Below are positions 8,725-18,075 of a stretch of 64,000 nucleotides of DNA, piece by piece. The notes below the pieces were generated by a model. It had not been told where the DNA came from. It worked only from the letters and a program-made list of their open reading frames with translations, and searched no databases. Every line of letters begins with the position of its first letter. Position 1 is the stretch's first letter. The translations under genes were made by a program, and so were the position numbers. The DNA lies in contig OZ220707.1 in NCBI GenBank assembly GCA_965116685.1, positions 787,655-851,654 of the forward strand, in the 5' to 3' direction. Origin of the DNA: Rhodothermales bacterium. GTDB lineage: Bacteria; Bacteroidota; Rhodothermia; Rhodothermales; Bin80.

Positions 8725-9591
8725 TCACTCCTGCTCGTACAATCTTAGCAGGGAATCAAACAATGAGCGTTGATGCCTGAGTGCATAAATCCGATCAGGG
8801 GGGGCCGTCCGTGCTTCCAACAAAATCCAACCGGCATATTCGGATTTCACGAGTAGTTCAAAAAGTTGTTTGTATGGGTACGCAGCACTGTTGAGTTCGC
8901 GGATGTGAACCGTCTGCCCGAAATACCCTCGGACAAGGTCAAAATTATGCGCGAGCCCCGGCTCATTCAAATCAGCCTCATTACAATTCCAACATACACG
9001 GACATTATGATGACTCGCGGCCTCCACGATTTGTCGGATAACGGGTAGCTCATCCGTGCGATATCCATGAACTTCAAGTCGGATTTCCTGTCCATAATCC
9101 TCACCGAATTGACCGAGCGTCCGCAGTGACCGCCCGATCTGGGCAATCGTCTGTTCTTCGGGAATACCATCGGGCAAGGCATCCGGCTTCACTTTGATTC
9201 CACTCGCTCCTACATCATGAGCCAGGATGATCGAAGCTTTTGCTTGACTGATTGCATGTGCTCGTTGGGCGGCTTCTACGTGATGAAATGACCAATTCAT
9301 TCCCAGCCCCACCAAAACCACATCACTATCCATAAATTGTGCCTGCACAGCTGCACGTTCTGCAGTGGATAAATGTATCTCTACACCATGTGCATGTTCG
9401 GTTCGCAATTCTACCCCTTCTACCCCCGTGTCCTGACAGTTCCGAATCAATGTTGAGAGATCCCAGTCCCGTCCCCAGAGATAGGTTACGAGGCCAAACC
9501 TCATATCCCCATTTCTTCGGATTATTGATTCAAACAACCCTCCGAGCGGGCGTCTAAAAAACTGACGACGAGATGAACGCATGGCAATCAT
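8725..9591 (-). CDS. Sugar phosphate isomerase/epimerase (xylose-isomerase-like TIM barrel)
   Basis: 288 aa. The N-terminus has an RR motif (SSRRQFFRR). The body matches the AP-endonuclease-2/xylose isomerase-like TIM barrel pattern (GVELR..., IRLEVHG..., CWNCN). Confidence 0.8.
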   Translation of the reverse strand: MIAMRSSRRQFFRRPLGGLFESIIRRNGDMRFGLVTYLWGRDWDLSTLIRNCQDTGVEGVELRTEHAHGVEIHLSTAERAAVQAQFMDSDVVLVGLGMNWSFHHVEAAQRAHAISQAKASIILAHDVGASGIKVKPDALPDGIPEEQTIAQIGRSLRTLGQFGEDYGQEIRLEVHGYRTDELPVIRQIVEAASHHNVRVCWNCNEADLNEPGLAHNFDLVRGYFGQTVHIRELNSAAYPYKQLFELLVKSEYAGWILLEARTAPPDRIYALRHQRSLFDSLLRLYEQE

Positions 9592-9890
9592 GGGGTTCTA
9601 TATTTATACAGAATACACCAAGAAGGATCCCCCGAATAAACTTATTCCTATATTTGAGCGGGAATGGTTGACTGTAGCCAATTGGTATTCGGGGATGGCT
9701 TCAATGGAGATGATGTCATGGTAAGCACTAGGTCGGATCATACTTCGGCATCGTGTATCCACTACTTGCAAAACGCTCGCGGAACTCGCTGCATTTACGT
9801 ACCTAGTCGCCAAAGATTTTGCATAATGTAAGTACATCCCCCCTAAACTTTCTTGCCTTTCGAAGCTTATTCCCTAACCCCAAGCCATAC

Positions 9891-11036
9891 ATGCACAGCC
9901 CTCCACCCGACTCACATAGATCAAGGACCATCCATGTCATTGGGCGTTATCCCCCTCCAATAGACGGTCAGAGTCTAGCGACTCAAAGTCTGGCGGATCT
10001 GCTTCAACCGGATTACGACATTCGGCGATTTAACATGATGTTCGCCGACCGGACTCTAATGCCCTCCGGCCTTTCGGGGACTCTACGTACAACGAGCCAC
10101 TATCTCAACCTAAAGCCTAAACTGCACGACCGACTCTCTGACGGAAATCCAGTACTGTGGGCAAATATTTCCAGTCAAACATCTGGACATTTGCGTGATC
10201 TTCTGACGATCATGCCCTGCTTACAGCCCACTCAGCCCCTGGTTGCAGTGGTCCATTGGGGAATTTTTTCTCGACTATTCACGCATTGGATTACAAGTAT
10301 CACTGCAAAACGCCTGATCCGCCGACTCAATCATGTTGTGGTTTTAAGTCATGAACTGGCAAGCCAGGTGGCACGCTGGATCCCGGCAGACAAACTTCTT
10401 GTCATTCCGAATTATGTTCAACCACTTGCCACAGAGGACGAACTTCGAATCAAGCATCAGAACTATCGCTCCTCAAAAACACTCAAAGTGCTCTTTCTGA
10501 GCCATATGATCAAAGAAAAAGGATGTTATGATCTCTTGCAGGGAGTTGCCATTGCAGCCAAACAGGGCCTTTCCATTGAAGCACATTTTGCCGGGCGATG
10601 GAATGACAACCATGACGAAGAGCATTTCCATCGTGCAATCAACCAGTTGGGACTGACAGAATGCGTCACCGTTCATGGCCCAATCTCAGATCGGACATTC
10701 GTTGCGGAGCTTCACCGAAAAGCGGATGTATTCGCCCTTCCAAGTGTACTTGTCCATGAGGCACAACCTTTGGCAATCATGGAAGCGATCAGTGCAGCAA
10801 CTCCAGTAATTATCACGAAGCGCCCGGTATTTGAGGCACTCGTTGGCGAAGAACGGGGGGCTTTTCTAGTCCCACCGCACGATCCCGCAACCATTGCAAA
10901 GGCTCTGCAATCTCTCAGTGACGAGAAAACATGGATAAGGTGCTCCTTGGCCGCGCACAAGCACTATCAAACCGCTTACAGCCCGGAAGCCGTTCGACAG
11001 CTATGGATTAATCTGATTGAAGGCATATCCACCTGA
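9891..11036 (+). CDS. Glycosyltransferase family 4 (GT-B, group 1)
   Basis: The ORF starts at 9819; the ATG at 9891 (MHSPPPD...IHVIGRYPPPIDGQS) is the likely start. The C-terminal motif ADVFALPSVLVHEAQPLAIMEAISAATPVIIT is the EX7E-type GT4 signature. Confidence 0.8.
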   Translation: MHSPPPDSHRSRTIHVIGRYPPPIDGQSLATQSLADLLQPDYDIRRFNMMFADRTLMPSGLSGTLRTTSHYLNLKPKLHDRLSDGNPVLWANISSQTSGHLRDLLTIMPCLQPTQPLVAVVHWGIFSRLFTHWITSITAKRLIRRLNHVVVLSHELASQVARWIPADKLLVIPNYVQPLATEDELRIKHQNYRSSKTLKVLFLSHMIKEKGCYDLLQGVAIAAKQGLSIEAHFAGRWNDNHDEEHFHRAINQLGLTECVTVHGPISDRTFVAELHRKADVFALPSVLVHEAQPLAIMEAISAATPVIITKRPVFEALVGEERGAFLVPPHDPATIAKALQSLSDEKTWIRCSLAAHKHYQTAYSPEAVRQLWINLIEGIST

Positions 11037-11411
11037 TTTTGATCCTACTTGACGTGGTCGGAATTGACCTGCATGCGGGCAGGCACTTGATTGCATAAGG
11101 TTGAGCGCCTTGAAGTACCGTTTGCGAGAAGAATGGGAATTCTGATTCCAACATAGCTTGAACCAGAGATTTTAGAAAATTGGCCTCTGCCTTGGTTGGT
11201 CACCTCCAAATTCTTGTGAACCCGAATATTCACAAGCTTGCAACATCATGCACCACCTCAGCATCAATGTTATTGCTGAGATTGCCAATGATTTCTTTCA
11301 GAGGGATTGACCTGACTGAATGTTAAATGTATTCGAAAATTTGTTATATTTAGGTTCCTGTCCGCTTTTGTGAAAGCGGTTCCACTTCCACAGCTAACTA
11401 TTATTTCATTC

Positions 11412-12809
11412 ATGCTAGGAGACAAGCAAAATTCTCGTCGTGACTTTATCAAGAAATCCGCTATTGGTACCGCCGCTGTCGTGGCCGGTGTGCAGGGTAC
11501 ACGGACTGTGCGTGCTTCAGCACCTGCAACTGGTTCGGTATTAGGAGCCAATGATGCGGTTGTATGCGGATTCATTGGTGTAGGTGGGCAGGGCTATAAC
11601 GCCCATTTACTGAATGTCACCAATCCAACAAACAACGGTAAGCCCCGTCATAATCTCCAACTGAATGCGATTGGCGCAGCAGCCTGTGATCTGTTCTCCA
11701 AGCGACGCGACCAAGCTCACGCCGCCCTGGATGCAGCGCGCCAGGAAGCTGGCCGCGAAGCAGCAGTAGAAGTCCATGAGGATTACCGGGCAGTTCTGGA
11801 TAACCCGGATATTGACGCGATATTTATTGGTACCGTTGACCACTGGCACACAAAGATTGCTGTGGATGCATTGGATGCAGGCAAGCATGTATACTGCGAA
11901 AAACCAATGACCCGGTATTTTTCTGAAGGATTCGAGATCTATGATAAGGTCAAGGAAACCGGCCATAAGTTCCAGATCGGTTCACAATTCTGTACCCAAG
12001 GCAAATGGCATGCAGCTGCAGAGTTGATTCGCGCCGGACGGATTGGTCCACTGGTGCTGGCACAGGATTCTTACTGCCGCAATACCCCCATCGGTGAATG
12101 GAATTATTACCAGCTCGAATCAGAACTCGAAGATGGGACTACGATTGACTGGCAAAAATGGCTGGGACCGGTATCCGCCCGCGAATTCAATGCACAACAT
12201 TACCATCGCTGGCGTAAATATTATCCGTACTGTGCAGGAATCCTAGGTGACCTCCTCGCACACCGAATCCATCCCCTTCTGATTGCAACAGGTGCCCCTG
12301 AGTTTCCAAAGCGGGTATGCTCGATCGGTAACAAAAAAATTGGAGATGCCAATCTTGGACCAGAAGACCGTGATGTAACCGATAACTGCCAAATCCTGAC
12401 CGAATTCCCGAGCGGACTCTGTATGGTCGTGACAGGAAGCAGTGTGAATGAGCAGGGACTGGGACAGGTGATTCGAGGCAATGAGGGGACCCTATACTTT
12501 AGCGGAGAAAGCCTGGAACTCCGTCCTGAGCGTCCTTTCGCAGACTTGGTTGATGGAGAGCAAATGGACAACCTCCTGCCTGGTGCAGATGTGCCTGCTC
12601 ACATTCACAATTTCTTTACGGCGATTCGTGAAGATGGACAAACGAATGGAAATATTGATGTTGCCATTCGGGCGCAAACCATCATCTCTATGGCAGAATT
12701 GAGTGAGCGCATGGGTGAAATGATCTACTATAATGAAGAAGATCGGTCTCTCCATACGGGTAGCGGGTCGAAGATTGAACCAATCACGTACTCCACCGAA
12801 ACTCACTAA
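11412..12809 (+). CDS. Gfo/Idh/MocA family oxidoreductase with twin-arginine (Tat) signal
   Basis: It has the Tat motif SRRDFIKKSAIGTAAVVAG, a Rossmann motif GFIGVGGQGYNAH, and the EKP motif YCEKPM. The ORF opens at a GTG at 11370, but the ATG at 11412 is preferred. Confidence 0.85.
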   Translation: MLGDKQNSRRDFIKKSAIGTAAVVAGVQGTRTVRASAPATGSVLGANDAVVCGFIGVGGQGYNAHLLNVTNPTNNGKPRHNLQLNAIGAAACDLFSKRRDQAHAALDAARQEAGREAAVEVHEDYRAVLDNPDIDAIFIGTVDHWHTKIAVDALDAGKHVYCEKPMTRYFSEGFEIYDKVKETGHKFQIGSQFCTQGKWHAAAELIRAGRIGPLVLAQDSYCRNTPIGEWNYYQLESELEDGTTIDWQKWLGPVSAREFNAQHYHRWRKYYPYCAGILGDLLAHRIHPLLIATGAPEFPKRVCSIGNKKIGDANLGPEDRDVTDNCQILTEFPSGLCMVVTGSSVNEQGLGQVIRGNEGTLYFSGESLELRPERPFADLVDGEQMDNLLPGADVPAHIHNFFTAIREDGQTNGNIDVAIRAQTIISMAELSERMGEMIYYNEEDRSLHTGSGSKIEPITYSTETH

Positions 12810-12886
12810 GTTTGGTAAGCTGCGCAGATATGGAAGGGGCTGTTTCCTGCCTCGTCCATGCCGGCTTACCCTAGATGTAACTGCTT

Positions 12887-13852
12887 ATGCAAACCGTTCG
12901 ACTGGCGCTTAACGCCATGGCGACACGGTTTGAGTTGGTAATTCATGGGGAGGATGCTGTGCTCCTGAGGGCAGCAGGTGAGGAGGCTCTGTCTGAAATC
13001 AAACGTTTGGACGAGCAACTGAGCTTCTATAATCCAACCAGCGAAGTCAGCCATATCAACGGTAACGCATCGACGTGCCCCGTACAGATCACCCCAGAGC
13101 TCTATTCCCTTCTGAAAATGGCCTCTGACCTTTACGATAAGACAGGTGGTGCATTTGATGTCACGGTGGGACCACTCATGCGCTGTTGGGGATTTGTGCG
13201 CGGCTCGGGTGCCTGGCCTGAAAAATCCGCAAGGGAAGAAGCCTTGAAAAAAACCGGGATGGATCAGGTCCTGCTGGATGAAGAAGACCGTACCGTCGCC
13301 TTCAAGCAGGATGGGATGGCCATTGACCTTGGCGCGATTGGAAAAGGATATGCCATTGGGGAGGCTGCCGATCTACTGCGGGAATGTGGAATCATGTCTG
13401 CCCTCCTTCACGGAGGCACAAGCACCATGGCAGCCATCGGATCCCCCTTCCCAAGCGATGAGGGATGGGCAATCGGAGTCGCCGATCCCCTGGACGAATC
13501 TCACATGTTGACATCAACGACCATTTGTGACGAAGCCTTCTCTGTGTCGGCCCCACACGGGAAGGCATTCAGGAAGGGGGATCAGACATGGGGGCATGTG
13601 ATTGATCCCCGTGTTGGCTATCCTGTACAAGGTGCTGTGGTTGCCGCAGTAATCCATTCATCGGCAACGGTCTGTGATGCAATCTCAACGGCACTTCTGG
13701 CCATGAATCGTACCGAAATAGATCAGATGGCACAGAAATTTCAGGATATACGTATACTTTGTGCATACTCCGATGGAAATAAACTAAACCTTGTTTCCAA
13801 TGGGTTCAATTCAGTAAACTCAATGATTCTCAATGACGAAAAAAACGGTTAG
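12887..13852 (+). CDS. apbE: FAD:protein FMN transferase (ApbE family)
   Basis: ApbE motifs are FDVTVGPLMRCWGF, IDLGAIGKGYAIGEAADLL and HVIDPRVGYP. No obvious signal peptide or lipobox at the N-terminus. Confidence 0.85.
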   Translation: MQTVRLALNAMATRFELVIHGEDAVLLRAAGEEALSEIKRLDEQLSFYNPTSEVSHINGNASTCPVQITPELYSLLKMASDLYDKTGGAFDVTVGPLMRCWGFVRGSGAWPEKSAREEALKKTGMDQVLLDEEDRTVAFKQDGMAIDLGAIGKGYAIGEAADLLRECGIMSALLHGGTSTMAAIGSPFPSDEGWAIGVADPLDESHMLTSTTICDEAFSVSAPHGKAFRKGDQTWGHVIDPRVGYPVQGAVVAAVIHSSATVCDAISTALLAMNRTEIDQMAQKFQDIRILCAYSDGNKLNLVSNGFNSVNSMILNDEKNG

Positions 13853-15089
13853 TAGGAGAGCTTTTCTCATGGGTGGCGCTGCCCTCAGCGGAGCAGGCTT
13901 GGTGCGTGCGGCCAACATCAAAACCAGGCCATGGCCCGGAAACCGCGATGAGGTTCATTGTGGCATCATTGGTTATGGTCCACAGGGACGAGAAATCACT
14001 GCTACACTTGCTCGTGTCCCTGGTGCAGTGGTCTCCGCCATCTGTGACACCTACGATCCTATGCTCCGCCGTGCACAGCGGAACGCACCAGATGCAACAC
14101 GACATGCGGACTACCGCGAAATTCTCGATAATCCAGATATCCAAGCCGTGATCGTAGCAACCCCCACACATCTGCATCGCGATATTGTACTTGATTCACT
14201 GCAGGCAGGCAAGAATGTATACTGTGAAGCTCCAATGGCATCCTCCATTGACGACGCAAAATCAATTGCACGTGCCGCACGGGATGCATCCAGTCAAATC
14301 TTCCAGGTTGGCCAGATTTATCGCTCAAACCCACAACACCGCTCGGTATTTCAATTCATGCGCAGTGGGGCAATCGGTAAGCCTGCAATGGCACGTGGGC
14401 AGTGGCATGCGAAAGAGAGTTGGCGACGAGCCTCCCCCAATGCTGAACGCGTTCGTGAACTGAACTGGCGCCTGGACCCCGAACTCAGTACCGGATTAAT
14501 TGGCGAAGCTGCATTACTGCAGATGGATGTTGCCTATTGGGTGCTCGACGAACTTCCTACCGCAGTTCATGGGTATGGACAGATCATGGGCTGGAATGAT
14601 GGTCGCCAGGTGCCCGACACGATTCAGGCAATCTTCGAGTTCCCAAGTGGTCTGCACATGCTCTTTGATGCAACTCTTGTGAGCTCCTATGAAGAGGCTT
14701 ATGAAGTTTACATGGGATCCGAAAGCACCATTGTGTTTCGTGACCGGGGTAAAGCATGGATGTTCAAGGAGGTTGACTCCCTGATGCTTGGCTGGGAGGT
14801 ATACGCAAGAAAAGACCGGTTCTATAAGGAAACCGGCATTGCCCTTTTAGCCAATGCAACCCAGTTGGATGCCCAAAATGTAGATCCAACTGAAGATGAT
14901 CCTAATGTCGAAACTCCCCTATGGTATGCAATGCAGGAGTTCATGGATAATCATGCCTTTGGGCCCTACCCGCCCGCTGCAAACTGGGAGAGGGGATTAG
15001 AGGCTGCCGCGATTGCAATTACTGCAAACCAAGCGATTATGGAGCGTACCCACAAGGAGATTGATCCGTTGTTGTATACACTGGATTAA
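13833..15089 (+). CDS. Gfo/Idh/MocA family oxidoreductase with Tat signal
   Basis: It has the Tat motif VSRRAFLMGGAALSGAGLV, a Rossmann motif GIIGYGPQGRE, and YCEAPM. Its start overlaps the apbE 3' end by 20 nt. Confidence 0.85.
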   Translation: MTKKTVSRRAFLMGGAALSGAGLVRAANIKTRPWPGNRDEVHCGIIGYGPQGREITATLARVPGAVVSAICDTYDPMLRRAQRNAPDATRHADYREILDNPDIQAVIVATPTHLHRDIVLDSLQAGKNVYCEAPMASSIDDAKSIARAARDASSQIFQVGQIYRSNPQHRSVFQFMRSGAIGKPAMARGQWHAKESWRRASPNAERVRELNWRLDPELSTGLIGEAALLQMDVAYWVLDELPTAVHGYGQIMGWNDGRQVPDTIQAIFEFPSGLHMLFDATLVSSYEEAYEVYMGSESTIVFRDRGKAWMFKEVDSLMLGWEVYARKDRFYKETGIALLANATQLDAQNVDPTEDDPNVETPLWYAMQEFMDNHAFGPYPPAANWERGLEAAAIAITANQAIMERTHKEIDPLLYTLD

Positions 15090-15098
15090 CTCAGGGCC

Positions 15099-17126
15099 AT
15101 GCTGACCCTGACGGAAAAAGCTCTCTTTACCTTGGCGGCACTTTTTGCCGTGTATGGTACTGGTTTGGGATTTTCCGCAGTATTCAAGATCATTCGGCGT
15201 GGGCAATCCCCTGTCCTGAAGCTAGACTGGAAACGTACGCTTCGTGCGACGGGAGCATGGATCACAATGGGAGGCATGTGGAAAGTGCGCCCTCTGATCA
15301 GCACAATCCATGCTGCGCTCGCATGGGGCTTCATCCTTTACCTCCTGGTGAATGTTGTTGATCTGGTACGAGGCTATTTCTCCGTACCGACCCTATTCCC
15401 GGACTGGATTACCCAAAGCTATCGTCTTGCCGTTGATCTTGCAAGCGGCACCGTACTACTTGCCATGGTACTGCTCCTGCTGCGACGCTTCATCCTGCCT
15501 GGGCGCGAGGCCCTGACTCAGCGAGACAATATCCTGCGCATCAAGGAGGTACGCCTCCCTTTCCTGCGTCAAACAATATCCCGCGATTCGGTAATCGTCG
15601 GTCTATTTATCCTGTTACATGTGGGATTCCGTTTGCTTGGAGAATCGGTTGCTATCGGGTTGCATGGCCCGGATCCATGGCAACCCCTGGCCTCATCCAT
15701 CACGCCACTCTGGTCAGGTCTCAGTTCAAATAGTCTCACGACCTGGCACCATGTGTGCTGGTGGGGAGCACTGGGATTGATTTTAGCCTTTGCCCCCTAC
15801 TTCCCGTATACAAAACATTTTCACTTCATTATGGCGGGAGTCAACTTCATCACACAGGTAAAACGATCCTCTCCCGGCGCTCTGGATCCCATTGATTTCG
15901 AAGACGAGGACGCGGATATTTTTGGAGCTCTCACGTTTGAACAACTTCCGCAATCAAGCATCGCTGATACATTCGCCTGCATCATGTGCAACCGCTGCCA
16001 GGATGTTTGTCCAGCTTATGCTACAGGGAAAGAATTATCGCCTGCAGCCCTTGAAATCAATAAGCGCTACTTCGTCAACGAGCATTTATCAGACCTTGCT
16101 GCGGGGGAAGCATCCACGGCTGGGCTTACAGAATACGCGATCACGGAGGCAGCGGTTTGGGCATGTACCGCATGCGGAGCATGTACAGAGATCTGCCCTG
16201 TTGCAAATGCTCCCATGCATGATATTCTGCAGATTCGACGCGGTCTGGTTCTCATGGAAGATCAATATCCGGAAACACTAGAATCCGTCTACCAGGGCAT
16301 GGAGCGTAATGGGAATCCATGGAATATGAGTGCGGGAGAGCGAATGGGTTGGGCGAAGGACTTGCAGGTTCCTACTGTTGAGGAAAATCCTGATGCCGAA
16401 CTACTCTGGTGGGTCGGCTGTGCTCCTTCCTATGATAAACGAGCCCAAGAAACTGCACGCGCACTCGTGCGCATCCTGCAAACTGCTGAGGTTTCGTTTT
16501 CTGTTCTGGGAAACCGTGAGCGATGCACCGGCGACTCCGCACGTAGAAGTGGTAACGAATATTTGTTCTCAGAACTTGCCGGGGCTAATATTGCAACGCT
16601 GAATCAGGTAGGGCCAAAGCGTATCATGACAACCTGCCCGCACTGCCTGCACACACTTGGCAAGGAGTATTCTGCCATGGGAGGGCATTATCGCGTGATT
16701 CACCATACGGAATTATTGTCTGAACTTGCAGAGCAGGGACGTATTCCCATGGAAGTGCTGCAAGAGGATGTCACGTTTCATGACCCGTGCTACCTGGGTC
16801 GACAGAATAATATTACCGAAGCCCCTCGATCCGTTCTGGAAAATGTTGGCGCAACCGTCACAGAAATGCCACGCAACAAGAAGAACTCCTTCTGCTGCGG
16901 TGCTGGAGGTGCCCAAATGTGGATGGAGGAGCCTGCGCCAAGAATCAATGATGCCCGTTATGCCGAAGCCACCGCTACCGGAGCGGATACCATCGCCACG
17001 GGATGCCCGTTCTGCCTGACAATGCTGCGTGACGCGGCGACAAAAGCCGACACGGACGGGCCAGCTATTAAAGATATTGCGGAAATTGTAGCGGAACGTC
17101 TTCCGGCTGAATCACCTCGCTCCTGA
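15099..17126 (+). CDS. Membrane-anchored Fe-S oxidoreductase (NarI/DsrM-like membrane domain fused to an HdrD/DsrK/GlpC-like 2x[4Fe-4S] plus CCG domain)
   Basis: The N-terminal ~270 aa are hydrophobic with multiple predicted TM helices. They are followed by CIMCNRCQDVCP and CTACGACTEICP ferredoxin motifs, then cysteine-rich CCG-type motifs (TTCPHCLHTLG, HDPCYLGR, FCCGAGG, GCPFCLTML). Confidence 0.85.
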   Translation: MLTLTEKALFTLAALFAVYGTGLGFSAVFKIIRRGQSPVLKLDWKRTLRATGAWITMGGMWKVRPLISTIHAALAWGFILYLLVNVVDLVRGYFSVPTLFPDWITQSYRLAVDLASGTVLLAMVLLLLRRFILPGREALTQRDNILRIKEVRLPFLRQTISRDSVIVGLFILLHVGFRLLGESVAIGLHGPDPWQPLASSITPLWSGLSSNSLTTWHHVCWWGALGLILAFAPYFPYTKHFHFIMAGVNFITQVKRSSPGALDPIDFEDEDADIFGALTFEQLPQSSIADTFACIMCNRCQDVCPAYATGKELSPAALEINKRYFVNEHLSDLAAGEASTAGLTEYAITEAAVWACTACGACTEICPVANAPMHDILQIRRGLVLMEDQYPETLESVYQGMERNGNPWNMSAGERMGWAKDLQVPTVEENPDAELLWWVGCAPSYDKRAQETARALVRILQTAEVSFSVLGNRERCTGDSARRSGNEYLFSELAGANIATLNQVGPKRIMTTCPHCLHTLGKEYSAMGGHYRVIHHTELLSELAEQGRIPMEVLQEDVTFHDPCYLGRQNNITEAPRSVLENVGATVTEMPRNKKNSFCCGAGGAQMWMEEPAPRINDARYAEATATGADTIATGCPFCLTMLRDAATKADTDGPAIKDIAEIVAERLPAESPRS

Positions 17127-17207
17127 GGAAATTCCAGATGCTTTCGCGCTCACGAAATCATTCAGGTCTCTGACCCGTAAATGTTTCTTGATGCGGTTTG
17201 AAGCGGA

Positions 17208-17969
17208 TCAAAAATCTGTGTCCGGCTCAATAAGATCAAGCTCATGGATCCAGATATTCCGATAGCGTACATCATGACCTTCGGCTTGCAATTTTAACCC
17301 GCCGGGGACATCTGTGATACCGCGTCCCTCATCATTTCCACCATCTATACCCGAATTGGGGCCTCCCCATACTTTCTGGATTGGCACATTCTCGTGAACC
17401 TTAACCCCATTAAAATAAAGTGTCACCATGGCGGGCTCTGTTCGCTCGTCCTCTGAAAAACGAGCAGCTCGGAATACCACATCATACGCGTTCCACTGCC
17501 CTGTGCCATTATACGGCCAGTATGAAGATGCCTTCTCATTGATGACTGCAGCCATACCATGTACCGTCGAATCACCATCCAGTACCTGGATCTCATAACG
17601 GTTCTGGAGATATACACCACTGTTCCCACCCGTTTCAGTAATCAAGAACTCGACGTGCATGCGGAAGTCACGGAATTTCTTCTTGGTTACAATATCCGCT
17701 GCACCATAGAGCCCCCCTATCGCTGCAGAATCCTTGCTGCTGACCACTGTCCCCTCATCCACTGGATCGTCGACAATTTTCCATTTTATGGGTAGCTCTA
17801 CTGCAAATCGGGGACCTTCCCAGTAGGTCCAATTCTCGTCAAGTGCCTCCCGGGTTCCGTCAAAAAGAACCATGGCCCCCTCTGGAGCAGGTGTACCAAC
17901 GCCGGTTTGAGCCTGCGCCGGAAGGGCAATAAGGATCAGAAGCAGAAAAGGGATGATTTTTTTATGCAT
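17208..17969 (-). CDS. DUF1080 (3-keto-disaccharide hydrolase-like, concanavalin-type) secreted protein
   Basis: It has a signal peptide MHKKIIPFLLLILIALPAQAQ. Motifs are FRMHVEF...GNSGVYLQNRYEIQVLD and a C-terminal LQAEGHDVRYRNIWIHEL, typical of DUF1080. Confidence 0.85.
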   Translation of the reverse strand: MHKKIIPFLLLILIALPAQAQTGVGTPAPEGAMVLFDGTREALDENWTYWEGPRFAVELPIKWKIVDDPVDEGTVVSSKDSAAIGGLYGAADIVTKKKFRDFRMHVEFLITETGGNSGVYLQNRYEIQVLDGDSTVHGMAAVINEKASSYWPYNGTGQWNAYDVVFRAARFSEDERTEPAMVTLYFNGVKVHENVPIQKVWGGPNSGIDGGNDEGRGITDVPGGLKLQAEGHDVRYRNIWIHELDLIEPDTDF

Positions 17970-18075
17970 GAGTTTACTTGTTTGAACAGTGGGACAAGGT
18001 AAGCATTATTTGTGATTTTAACAACCTGAACCTGATGCCTGGAGGACGGTAGGAAAGGTTAAACAATATCTGGCC

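Noticed and set aside
11045-11575. Minus-strand ORFs 11045-11233 and 11270-11575 in the gap upstream of the first Gfo/Idh/MocA gene
   Set aside because: No recognisable domains. The second overlaps the Tat-signal region of the oxidoreductase gene. The region is more likely a promoter/leader, with a small hairpin ccgcttttgtgaaagcgg near 11360-11380.
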